Under the pieces are notes generated by a model. That model was given only the letters and a program-made list of their open reading frames with translations. It was not told where the DNA came from and did not search any database. Positions 10,101 through 18,008 of a DNA stretch of 64,000 nt are shown one piece after another; position 1 is the first letter of the stretch; each line of letters opens with the position of its first letter. The position numbers and the translations under genes are program-made. The stretch is from a virus: the IMG/VR virus record IMGVR_UViG_3300033146_001635, positions 1 to 64,000 of that record; one strand, 5' to 3'.

Positions 10101-10238
10101 AAAAATAATTATTTAAAACAAGAATTAAACACAGAATTTACAATGATTAAAGAAAATCCAGATATGGAACCTGAAACAATTAAATTGCTTAGATCTAATT
10201 TAAGAGTTTTGGGTATTGATTTTGATGGAGAATTATAA
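7182..10238 (+). CDS. rpoB: Phage multisubunit RNA polymerase, beta-like subunit (1018 aa)
   Basis: GPGG, ICPVDTPDRENCG, PFLEHDD..R..M...QMRQA, GYNNEDGIVIS, GDKLANRHGNKGV, LNPMGVLSRMNLGQ, GGQRCGEME. Confidence 0.95.
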   Translation: MKMYQNNPDLKLPEINIFNLRKLDDLKLMDTIEEILKVPIKYGFKLEEFSKSDIRYTGHNLVNTIKENINVKLSKNNNIVDLSMQIPKLVDNQWFVINGRRKIPRFQLYDIPLLTLYFKNEIRFHSNVGRIGIYWTDNKKKAPSFVSIASLSKKIPLSIVLYAFYGIEKVEELFLKDVDEDELNKIPNDKKSILQLLQLDLIDAYSEVTQEMYIEAIGDYFSRKNPKEKGEDYIFTLENILDIDVIAKKFIPHDNILDCLCDILINEIQLDDTDYLNKRLRCYEYAIIQYFMENIYKLCLTCRNSNKPKYNINKTKILASCNVSEIIQYDFCINPVEQLTKLTQCTLSGPGGFKKESIPIKLRDLNQSMIGKICPVDTPDRENCGVVQNVTPVVKFDNNFKFLEDNTKVIPSLAVSMVPFLEHDDTTRLQMAASQMRQAILLDNFQVPLVCSGVEKQFTEFTSFIEYAKDDGEVIYKDTKKLIIGYKNGEIKIIDIGIKKILSDNMSHMTTVLNIGDKFNKGDIIASSSFCNDGLIKIGRNFKVAFMSYYGYNNEDGIVISDKLVKDNSLTSVHYLDLSFNISPNKVLERLIDSEVYTPLFPVGTRLKKGDVYARLKDMYLFGSIKDQVYDIFKDSQEKITPKDILITDIKIYANEWHTELKEYDAWIKYNIQKQIDYGNKIINIIKDNSDEATAKKLITEHRLDELMYPKQYKRKDEKLKGVHIEMTAVYERPIQVGDKLANRHGNKGVITSIMSHETMPQLPNGEHVEICLNPMGVLSRMNLGQLFEFHLSEALMKFKNILKQMLKDNCKQDDIKKLIMSFIKMTDKTDTQWISHSFKEYLPEIIDEKFIDDLYLIQPQFNSISKDDMDKIMDFVECEYEIELYDPVSKEKIESKIAVGYMYLMKLIHIAENKLAYRSISTLSRKTMQPTAGKKLNGGQRCGEMESGCAVSNDMPINQTEFYTIKSDCIDAKNNYLKQELNTEFTMIKENPDMEPETIKLLRSNLRVLGIDFDGEL

Positions 10239-11095
10239 TGTCAGCATTACCAGATGTTCAAGAAAATGACGCTCCGATTGTAGTTTTCCCCATCAATCTC
10301 GTTGGAGTTGATAATATTAAATTACCCTTTACATTATTATTACGAGATGCATATTATGATAAACATGAAATCGATTTAGTGGCGAATACATCGATTTCAA
10401 CAAATTTGGTTGCAAACGTGAAAGGCATATCAATGTCTAGATTATTAGAAGCAATCAGACCTTATTTGCATAAAGGGTTAAATTGGGAAATTTTGAAAAA
10501 TTGTTTAGATGCTGTGTGTAATTCAATAGGACAAAATGAAGCAAAAATAAAAATGTCTTTTGATTTGCCTATGATAAAAAAATCTCCATTGAGTAAAAAT
10601 AAATATCCTTTATTTCATTCATGTTATTTTGAAGGATATAAAAAAGAAAATAATTATAAATTTCATCAATTTGTAAAAGTACAATATTCTTCATATTGTC
10701 CATGTTCAGCTGCGTTGTCAAAAGAATTGGATACGCAAGGATTTCCTCATGCGCAAAGATCTTTTGCACACATTCTAGTTGATATGGATTTAAAAAATAA
10801 AAAACAAATATGGTTAGAAGATATTATTGATTTAGTTTTGAATAATATTAAAACACAACCATACCCTATAATCAAGCGAGTTGATGAACAAGAAATAGCA
10901 AAAATTGCATCTGAAAATCCATTATTTGTGGAAGATGCAATTAGAATTTTATCAAAAAAATTATCAGAATTAGATGGCATTATTGATTGGTGTGTTAGAT
11001 GTGTGCATGAAGAATCTATACATTGTCATGATGCAATTGCAGTTAATTGGAAATATGTTGAAAACGGATTTGATTTTCATTCCATAGAACCATAA
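10238..11095 (+). CDS. folE2: GTP cyclohydrolase IB (FolE2/MptA family)
   Basis: LPDVQ, KGISMSRL, SYCPCS, PHAQRS, KRVDE, NPLFVEDAIR, HEESIHCHDA; overlaps the beta stop (TAATG). Confidence 0.92.
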   Translation: MSALPDVQENDAPIVVFPINLVGVDNIKLPFTLLLRDAYYDKHEIDLVANTSISTNLVANVKGISMSRLLEAIRPYLHKGLNWEILKNCLDAVCNSIGQNEAKIKMSFDLPMIKKSPLSKNKYPLFHSCYFEGYKKENNYKFHQFVKVQYSSYCPCSAALSKELDTQGFPHAQRSFAHILVDMDLKNKKQIWLEDIIDLVLNNIKTQPYPIIKRVDEQEIAKIASENPLFVEDAIRILSKKLSELDGIIDWCVRCVHEESIHCHDAIAVNWKYVENGFDFHSIEP

Positions 11096-11104
11096 ACAAG
11101 GAGT

Positions 11105-11857
11105 TTGCTTATGTCAGAATTGATTAATATGCTTGAAGATGAATTATTCGAAGAAGAGTCGATTAATCAAGAAGAAACAACTAGTGAAAATGTTAGTGTT
11201 GAAGAAACGGATACTAACGAAGTAGAAGAAATTATGTTTGAAAACATTGCGTTGACGACTACTGATCTTATTTCGTGGTTAAATTCAAATGAAAATAATT
11301 TACAGTTTTGTAAAAAAATTGATATAACTGGAATAAATGATTTAAATGAAAATATTTTATTACTTAAAAATATTAATTGTGATAAAGAATTTATTCAAAT
11401 GTATAAAAATGCTGACACATATAAAGTATTAGATTTCCCTTGTCATCATATGAAATTATTTGGTGAGAATGGATTTCATATTTTATATAATGTTAACGAG
11501 CAATACAAGATTAAATTTTATGGTACAAAAACAACTGTATATGCTACTATTTGTTTGCAACATGATGAAAAATTATTTCCGATTTATCATTATAAATCAA
11601 ATAAATCCAAACTAGAAAATTATGATGTCGCTAATTTGGTTACAATTGAACATTTTAATAATTTAGTTAATAATAATACAAATTTTAATTTTGAAGATTG
11701 TATACTTCTATATCCACCAATCCACAAAACTGATAATGAAATGACAACCAAATTAGAAGTTTTAGAATGGTTGCATGAAAAAAGTTTAAATGTATTTGAT
11801 GTGCCACATGCTGTGAAAATTGATATAGCTATGTGGCGTATTTTATTTATGCATTAA
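11105..11857 (+). CDS. Hypothetical protein, acidic N-terminus, last gene of the RNAP operon
   Basis: 250-aa ORF with RBS aggag; the ATG at 11111 may be the true start. Confidence 0.7.
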   Translation: MLMSELINMLEDELFEEESINQEETTSENVSVEETDTNEVEEIMFENIALTTTDLISWLNSNENNLQFCKKIDITGINDLNENILLLKNINCDKEFIQMYKNADTYKVLDFPCHHMKLFGENGFHILYNVNEQYKIKFYGTKTTVYATICLQHDEKLFPIYHYKSNKSKLENYDVANLVTIEHFNNLVNNNTNFNFEDCILLYPPIHKTDNEMTTKLEVLEWLHEKSLNVFDVPHAVKIDIAMWRILFMH

Positions 11858-11868
11858 GATTATAAGAG

Positions 11869-11907
11869 AAAGCCGGGGTGATGAAATATTATCACCTCGG
11901 CTTTTTT
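11869..11907 (+). terminator. Rho-independent terminator
   Basis: agccggggtgat/atcacctcggct stem plus T-tract. Confidence 0.8.
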
Positions 11908-11912
11908 GTTTT

Positions 11913-12647
11913 ATGAAAAAATATAATTTTATATATAATAATGTCTATTCATATGACATTCCATCATGTCATTATAATATTTTAAAAAATAGTGGGTATG
12001 ATGTATCAGAAATTAATGAACATGATAAAAAAGAAAGAAATACGCAAATTGGTTTATTAATGAAAGATGATAAAAATTTAACAAAATTTTTAAGAGATAC
12101 TACAAAACAAATAATTGATTTTTATATTGAAAATAATTTTATTAACAAAAATGAAATAATACTTCGACAATATGATGGATTTTATACAACCCGCTATTTA
12201 AATTTACATCTCAAACATAACCTTCCTGCTAAATTAGAACTAAAAAACTTATATGATGTTTTCATATTTTCTATAAATAGAAAAATGTATTTGGGTGTTG
12301 ATTATAATAAAGATTCCTATTTAATTAAGGGTATACCTTTTAAATACCATGAAATAGAAAATTTATATAAAAAAATATTACGCTCAAATTTTTTAAATAT
12401 AAGGAGTATTTTTAATAAATTACAAAAGTTAAAATTATATATTTTAAATTCAGATAAAATTCAACTATATGCTATTCCTGTAGATGATGACAAAACAGAA
12501 TTTAAAATATTTTTTAAAGAAATTGGGGAATTAATAATTTCAAAACAAAGTTTAAAATTAATTGATCCAAGTGAAATTGATAAATACAAATATTTTCAAA
12601 TATATTTAGAACCTTTTTTTAAATCAATTGTTTATCATACTTTATAA
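11913..12647 (+). CDS. Short, divergent family-B DNA polymerase palm-like protein
   Basis: Motif A-like YDIPSCHYNIL, motif C-like RQYDGF, later IKG and YFQIYLEPF. Confidence 0.5.
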   Translation: MKKYNFIYNNVYSYDIPSCHYNILKNSGYDVSEINEHDKKERNTQIGLLMKDDKNLTKFLRDTTKQIIDFYIENNFINKNEIILRQYDGFYTTRYLNLHLKHNLPAKLELKNLYDVFIFSINRKMYLGVDYNKDSYLIKGIPFKYHEIENLYKKILRSNFLNIRSIFNKLQKLKLYILNSDKIQLYAIPVDDDKTEFKIFFKEIGELIISKQSLKLIDPSEIDKYKYFQIYLEPFFKSIVYHTL

Positions 12648-12662
12648 AATTATGAGGTTATT

Positions 12663-12842
12663 ATGTCGATTCCCACAATAACAATAAAACAAATAAGGGA
12701 TAATGATTTAAATAGTTGGGCTGTATTAGTTAATAATATTATATGTTTTGGTGGTTTATCGAAATCATCTATACCTTATTATAAAAAACTGGCTTTACAA
12801 ACCTATAACAAAAGGAAACAAAAACAATGTCAGGTACTATAA
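12663..12842 (+). CDS. Small hypothetical protein (59 aa; not in the ORF track)
   Basis: gaggt RBS, then MSIPTITIKQIRDNDLNSWAVLVNN...QCQVL*. Confidence 0.55.
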   Translation: MSIPTITIKQIRDNDLNSWAVLVNNIICFGGLSKSSIPYYKKLALQTYNKRKQKQCQVL

Positions 12843-13123
12843 TGTATGACAAAATACTTGAACACGTTATTAAATTACATCGAAAAAAAATAGATAAATA
12901 TATGTTAAAAATCATAAAATCAAATGTAGCATCTAAATGCCCCAAAAAATTAAAAGAAGTTGAAACATATGAAGGTGGATTTTTGGAAGATGAAGATCAA
13001 AAACGATTATTATTCTGGACGAATCCTGAAATTCAAAATAAAGATGATAAAATAGTTGCAACATTTAAAATAAACAATAAAGAAGAAAAATTAATAATTG
13101 AGGAAACAGTGCAATGGAAATAA
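12827..13123 (+). CDS. Hypothetical protein
   Basis: 98-aa ORF in a tightly packed operon. Confidence 0.55.
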   Translation: MSGTIMYDKILEHVIKLHRKKIDKYMLKIIKSNVASKCPKKLKEVETYEGGFLEDEDQKRLLFWTNPEIQNKDDKIVATFKINNKEEKLIIEETVQWK

Positions 13124-14046
13124 CACCATTGTTAGAATACCCAATAGGTTCTTTTTTATATGGTACAAATACTGAAAATTCTGACAAAGATTATGCAGGT
13201 GTTTTTGTTGCTGAAATAGATTATTATTTTGGTTTAAAAAATATAAAAGAAGCTGATATGTCAATTAAATCCAAAGATGCCTATAATAAAAATACTTCCG
13301 AGGCTATAGATAAAAAATTTTATGAATTAAAAAGATTTATAAATTTAGCCAAAGATAATAATCCAACTATAATTGAGCAGTTGTTTATACCTCGTGATAA
13401 ATTGATATATCATAATACAAATGGTCTTAAATTACTTGAACATAAAAAAGATTTTTTACATAAAGGATTGTATTATAGATTTTTAGGTTATGCATATTCT
13501 CAAAAGAAAAAAATGATAATCAAATTAGATAATTATAAAGATTATGAATATGTTAGAGATGTAATACAAAATGCAGATCCAAGAGATACACTTTTTCATA
13601 TTAGGGATAAAATAAAAAAATTTATTTTTAAAGATGAACATATAAAAGTTGGTGATATAAAAATTCCAATGGGAATTTTAAATAAAAAAGCTTTAGATAT
13701 TTTAAATAAAAGATTTAAAAATTTAAGTAATAGAACAATTTTAATCAAAAAATACGGGTATGATACTAAATTTGCATCACATTTAATTCGATTGGTTTTA
13801 GAAGGAATTGAATTACTCAAAACAAAAAATCTTATATTTCCATTACAACAAGCTAATTATATTAAGGATATTAAAAAAGGAAAATATGGATTAGATGATG
13901 TATTAAATGATTTTGATAAATTAGAGAAACAAATAAAAAATGTATGTGAAAATTCTGATTTACCTAAATACCCTGATTTTAATAAATTAAATAAACTTTC
14001 TATTGATTTGATTTATCATCAATTAAAAATAAATCAAGTTATATAA
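13114..14046 (+). CDS. Pol-beta superfamily nucleotidyltransferase (RlaP / Nuc-transf-like)
   Basis: GSFLYGTNTENSDKDYAGVF, NPTIIEQLF, FLGYAYSQ, YDTKFASHLIRL, IKKGKY. Confidence 0.85.
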   Translation: MEITPLLEYPIGSFLYGTNTENSDKDYAGVFVAEIDYYFGLKNIKEADMSIKSKDAYNKNTSEAIDKKFYELKRFINLAKDNNPTIIEQLFIPRDKLIYHNTNGLKLLEHKKDFLHKGLYYRFLGYAYSQKKKMIIKLDNYKDYEYVRDVIQNADPRDTLFHIRDKIKKFIFKDEHIKVGDIKIPMGILNKKALDILNKRFKNLSNRTILIKKYGYDTKFASHLIRLVLEGIELLKTKNLIFPLQQANYIKDIKKGKYGLDDVLNDFDKLEKQIKNVCENSDLPKYPDFNKLNKLSIDLIYHQLKINQVI

Positions 14047-14062
14047 ATAAGGAGTAAATAAA

Positions 14063-14341
14063 ATGCCTTATTTTAAATTACCAGTTACATGGGAATCTTA
14101 TGGAGCCCTTGATATAGAAGCTAATAATGAAGAAGAGTTTTGGGAATTAGTTAAAAAATATAGAAACGACAATGATGATTTACCGTTACCAGATGCTGAA
14201 TATGTAGATGGGAGTTTTACAATTGCAGATGATGAAACTATTAAGTTATTAAACGAGTCATTACAAAAGAAAGAAGAAACTAGTGAAGATATAATAAATG
14301 TAATAAAATTTTATAATAAAAAATTTAAAAACAAAGAATAA
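14063..14341 (+). CDS. Hypothetical phage protein
   Basis: FKLPVTWESYG..IEAN...LPLPD.EYVDGSF; RBS aggag. Confidence 0.7.
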   Translation: MPYFKLPVTWESYGALDIEANNEEEFWELVKKYRNDNDDLPLPDAEYVDGSFTIADDETIKLLNESLQKKEETSEDIINVIKFYNKKFKNKE

Positions 14342-14344
14342 GGA

Positions 14345-15265
14345 GTGGTTATGTTTATAGACGAAGCGTTGGATATGGGGTTAACTCAAATAGATAATGG
14401 GTTATACGAGTATAAAGATAGATATTCATCAATATGGTATGAAATATTAAGAGGGGTTTCAAGAGAAACGCCATTACCATCTCTTGGTATTTTTACAGCT
14501 CCATCTGATGCCGATATTGAAAATTCAAACTATGTTGGTGCGGTATCAACTGAATACAAATTTATTGGTAATGCAGATGTTCTTGATACTATGATGGAAT
14601 CAATTAATAATATTAGTTCAGAAATAAATTTAAGAGAAAAATTTATATTTAATCATAAATTTACTCATATTGTAAGTGAACTTATGATAATTAATAATAA
14701 TAATACCAGAATTGATATTGGTACTGTCATACCTATTATTACAGTTGAAAATTCATATGATGGGTCGAAAGCTGAAACTTATTCTTTTGGAATTGGGATT
14801 GTTGATAATAATTATGATTTAATCGGTAGTTTTACTTTTAAAAAGAAAATTCTTGGTATGCGACAAATTCATTTAATCAATGCTCGCTCAACAATTGAAT
14901 CCAATGTTGGGTCATATGTTGAAATTTTCAATACTAATATATCTGATATTATTAGTGAAAATTTCAATAAAGTTATTCCACCTGAAGATGCAATGAAAGC
15001 ATTGGGAATGGTAGAAAAATTGGGTAAAAAAAGATATGCTACAGTTGTTAGTAATTTAGCTCAATTAACACAATCCAGTATAGAAGAAAATGAAGATGGG
15101 GATTTGGATTTACCTCCTATTAATGCATGGAATATGTTTCTTGCTATTGCAACTTATTCTGCAAAGGAGGAAAATTTAAATGCTAAAAAAATGTTAGAAA
15201 ATATTGCTGAAAGAACTTTAGCTATTCCAACAAGAATGATTGAGGCATTAAATCGTAGAAGGTAA
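14345..15265 (+). CDS. DUF932/DUF945-like protein
   Basis: VGAVSTEYKFIGNAD and VENSYDGS motifs; NAWNMF near the C-terminus. Confidence 0.55.
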   Translation: MVMFIDEALDMGLTQIDNGLYEYKDRYSSIWYEILRGVSRETPLPSLGIFTAPSDADIENSNYVGAVSTEYKFIGNADVLDTMMESINNISSEINLREKFIFNHKFTHIVSELMIINNNNTRIDIGTVIPIITVENSYDGSKAETYSFGIGIVDNNYDLIGSFTFKKKILGMRQIHLINARSTIESNVGSYVEIFNTNISDIISENFNKVIPPEDAMKALGMVEKLGKKRYATVVSNLAQLTQSSIEENEDGDLDLPPINAWNMFLAIATYSAKEENLNAKKMLENIAERTLAIPTRMIEALNRRR

Positions 15266-15292
15266 ATTTGTAAATTATAAATGATGTTTTAT

Positions 15293-15337
15293 AATCTCCC
15301 ATAAATTATTTATTTAATTTATGGGAGATTTTTTTTT
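15293..15337 (+). terminator. Rho-independent terminator
   Basis: aatctcccataaatta/taatttatgggagatt plus T-run. Confidence 0.8.
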
Positions 15338-15353
15338 AAAAAAATATAGATTA

Positions 15354-15364
15354 TTATATATATT
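15354..15364 (+). promoter_or_regulatory. TTATATATATT putative early promoter
   Basis: Same 11-mer at 46324 and 61077, each about 50-65 nt before a plus-strand non-structural gene. Confidence 0.55.
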
Positions 15365-15413
15365 TATTTATAGTAACAAATTTATCTTTAATTTATTTAA
15401 AAAGGAGATTGGT

Positions 15414-15995
15414 ATGGAAACTACTACAAAACTTAAAATGTTGGTGTTTATTATTGTAGCTGTCATTTTATTATTTTGTGTATATCAAAATGCACAGGGT
15501 GCAGTAGGTAACAATATAACCGCTGATGTCACAGTTTCATCATTACATTGGGTAGAAGAACCTGTGACAAAAAAAGAAAAAAATTGTTTAGTTTTAGTCG
15601 AGCGTTGGAATTTATATAAAACAGTACGAGAGGGAACAGATCCATTTAAAATGGCTAATAAAATGAAAATGGATTTGGATAGTAAAGGTATTTATTTACC
15701 ACATATTAAATTAAATATGTTATGTATCGAATACAATCGATTAATTAATGTTGAGATTGCGAAACATCCTGAATATAAACAGGATGTAAAAAATAGATTA
15801 GCTAAATCAATGGCTAAATCAATGTCAACGAAAACAATAAATGAGTTATTAAAAGATGATAATTATGTTATACCCCAAGATGAATTGACTTGTTTGAGTA
15901 AAAATATTAAAATAACAATTGAAGAATGGATGAATGAAATAAATAAAAAAATTCATCCATTCTTAATCGAGTATTTAAAAACTCTTCAAAATTAA
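15414..15995 (+). CDS. Exported/membrane-anchored hypothetical protein
   Basis: aaggag RBS before ATG 15414 (the track start at 15321 lies inside the terminator); hydrophobic N-terminus followed by AQG. Confidence 0.7.
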   Translation: METTTKLKMLVFIIVAVILLFCVYQNAQGAVGNNITADVTVSSLHWVEEPVTKKEKNCLVLVERWNLYKTVREGTDPFKMANKMKMDLDSKGIYLPHIKLNMLCIEYNRLINVEIAKHPEYKQDVKNRLAKSMAKSMSTKTINELLKDDNYVIPQDELTCLSKNIKITIEEWMNEINKKIHPFLIEYLKTLQN

Positions 15996-16042
15996 TAACT
16001 ATACCAGGTTTGCCCGTACCTGGGTTATCAAAAAAGCGGGCG
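15995..16042 (+). other. Intergenic H-type pseudoknot between convergent genes
   Basis: Stem1 ccaggt/acctgg; loop gcccg pairs with downstream cgggc; A-rich linker. Confidence 0.45.
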
Positions 16043-16441
16043 TCATTTATATTTGATATTTAAATCTTCAGGTTTAATAATCCACAATTTTATACCATAT
16101 TTTTTTGTTAATATTTCCACTCTAAATACAAATCTATAATCTTTCACATCTTCTACAATTAAAACAATACCAGGTTTTAATCCAGTCATAGTTGAATAAT
16201 ATAAAGATTGCCCCACAGATTCAGCCCATTTTTGTGCAAAATCTACTTCGATAGCATATTCATTAGTTATAATATCAACTCTAGTTTTATCAGGTAATAC
16301 ATATTCTGTTGAAATTGCACCATTATGAATGGCCCAAAAATTTTGATATATTTTTTCTCTATATAAATGTTTAGCAAATACTGAACTAGAAAAGAGAACA
16401 CAATATAGAGGAAGTATGATATAAATTATTTTTTTTAACAT
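16043..16441 (-). CDS. Signal-peptide-bearing PD-(D/E)XK-like protein
   Basis: Sec-type signal ending VFA; E..LPDKTRVDII...AIEVDF..KWAESVGQSLYY. Confidence 0.6.
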   Translation of the reverse strand: MLKKIIYIILPLYCVLFSSSVFAKHLYREKIYQNFWAIHNGAISTEYVLPDKTRVDIITNEYAIEVDFAQKWAESVGQSLYYSTMTGLKPGIVLIVEDVKDYRFVFRVEILTKKYGIKLWIIKPEDLNIKYK

Positions 16442-16479
16442 TTTTTATACCTTTAAAAAAATTTGTATATAATTTTAAT

Positions 16480-16493
16480 CAATAATATGTTCT
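16480..16493 (-). promoter_or_regulatory. Late-type promoter AGAACA-TATTAT-TG
   Basis: Recurrent motif, oriented toward the gene starting at 16441. Confidence 0.65.
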
Positions 16494-16516
16494 TTAAATA
16501 AGAGGTTATAATATAG

Positions 16517-17872
16517 ATGGCAATTCCAGTTGGATCAAAAAAAGACAATTTATACCAGATAAAAAATGAATTTATCATTTCAATGGTAATTGGAGAATTT
16601 GAATATGAACCTGATATAACAAATATTCAAATAGCAACATCTTTAAATAGTGCATATCCAGTTTATATTATTAAATTAAATTTAAGACCTATTGAAGTAT
16701 TACAACATAAAATATTTGGTCAGAATAGAATTGTTTTATCTATAAAACATATAGATTATAATAATCAACCTTTGGAAGAAACATATACTGTCAATTTATT
16801 ATATTTATCAGGTGATTTTGATATTCCAAATTCAAATCAATTATTAAGTAATCCAGAAAGTTTGCAAGATTTAGCTCCATATACTATGCGATGTGTACCC
16901 GAAACTGCATTTGAATTTATGACACAGAATGTTAATTTTATTTTTAGAGATAGTACAATTTGTAATATATATTCTTATATTGGAAATTATTGTCGAAAGA
17001 ATATGATAAATACAAATTTTAGTATTGAGTTTGATGCTTTGTCACCATATATAAATAAAAAACCAGTACCACAAATTATATTACCTCCAACAATTGTTAA
17101 AAATCAATTTGATTATTTATTAAATGAATTTGGAATGTTTTTGACTTGGGGGTGTATATTTGCTAGTGTTTCTGAATCTAAACCTAATCACATTGTTATC
17201 AATGCATTAGATATTGGTTATCAATATGAACAAGGTGATGTAATATTTAATTTAAAACAACTAGCAAATGATGTTAAATCAAATAAATCAAGAATTGAAA
17301 CATATGGATATGACAACTTTTATATTTACACTCCTATAAATACAAAATATATTGCTAATACAACAGTTGGTAATATTGGGAATGATATACAGTATATTCA
17401 TAAACCAATTGATAAATTTGCTAGAATAAATGATGATGAAGTGTTGATGAATGATTTATCATCTATATCATCTAAAGTTCCAGAATTTATGAATATGTTA
17501 GAACATCAACCTTTTTTATCACCTATTTTAGAAAATAGAAAACGATATGTTACTAATCATATATGTCATTATAAAAATGAAAAAGATTCTGAAAAACCAC
17601 AAGATGAACCGTGGCTAATTTCTAGTATCAATAGATCAATTATGAATTTTTCCCAATTATCATGCAGATTAGAAAAACAAATACCAATATTTAGATTTAC
17701 TAATATTGGAAAAATGGTTACATTTAAATCTGAAACAGCTGAATATAAACCTTACAATGGAAAATATATTTTATTTTCAAGTGTTATGAATTTTAATAGA
17801 TCATCAGTATGGGAAATGACGGTAGATATTAAAATAATACGTCCAGCATGGAGCATGGCAAAAGATGATTAA
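16517..17872 (+). CDS. Putative virion structural protein (baseplate hub-like)
   Basis: 451-aa beta-rich ORF; C-terminal IGKMVTF...YNGKYIL.S hub-like pattern; position beside terminase. Confidence 0.4.
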   Translation: MAIPVGSKKDNLYQIKNEFIISMVIGEFEYEPDITNIQIATSLNSAYPVYIIKLNLRPIEVLQHKIFGQNRIVLSIKHIDYNNQPLEETYTVNLLYLSGDFDIPNSNQLLSNPESLQDLAPYTMRCVPETAFEFMTQNVNFIFRDSTICNIYSYIGNYCRKNMINTNFSIEFDALSPYINKKPVPQIILPPTIVKNQFDYLLNEFGMFLTWGCIFASVSESKPNHIVINALDIGYQYEQGDVIFNLKQLANDVKSNKSRIETYGYDNFYIYTPINTKYIANTTVGNIGNDIQYIHKPIDKFARINDDEVLMNDLSSISSKVPEFMNMLEHQPFLSPILENRKRYVTNHICHYKNEKDSEKPQDEPWLISSINRSIMNFSQLSCRLEKQIPIFRFTNIGKMVTFKSETAEYKPYNGKYILFSSVMNFNRSSVWEMTVDIKIIRPAWSMAKDD

Positions 17873-18008
17873 TAAAAATATAGAACAATATAAAAATTCT
17901 TTTTTAAAATTTTATCAAGATTTTTTATCCACATCTTATAAAATTACTGAAATACAAAAAATTTTTTTAAAAAATCTTGAAACTAATAATAAAAAACATA
18001 GATAAATT

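Noticed and set aside
4402-10238. Cellular rpoBC locus, or introns/inteins in RNAP or terminase
   Set aside because: Reversed order, reduced size, no ribosomal protein genes and phage context argue against a cellular locus; the ORFs are continuous with no intein or homing-endonuclease motifs.
15321-15413. N-terminal extension of the ORF from ATG 15321
   Set aside because: It lies within a terminator hairpin and promoter; ATG 15414 has a proper SD and gives a signal peptide.
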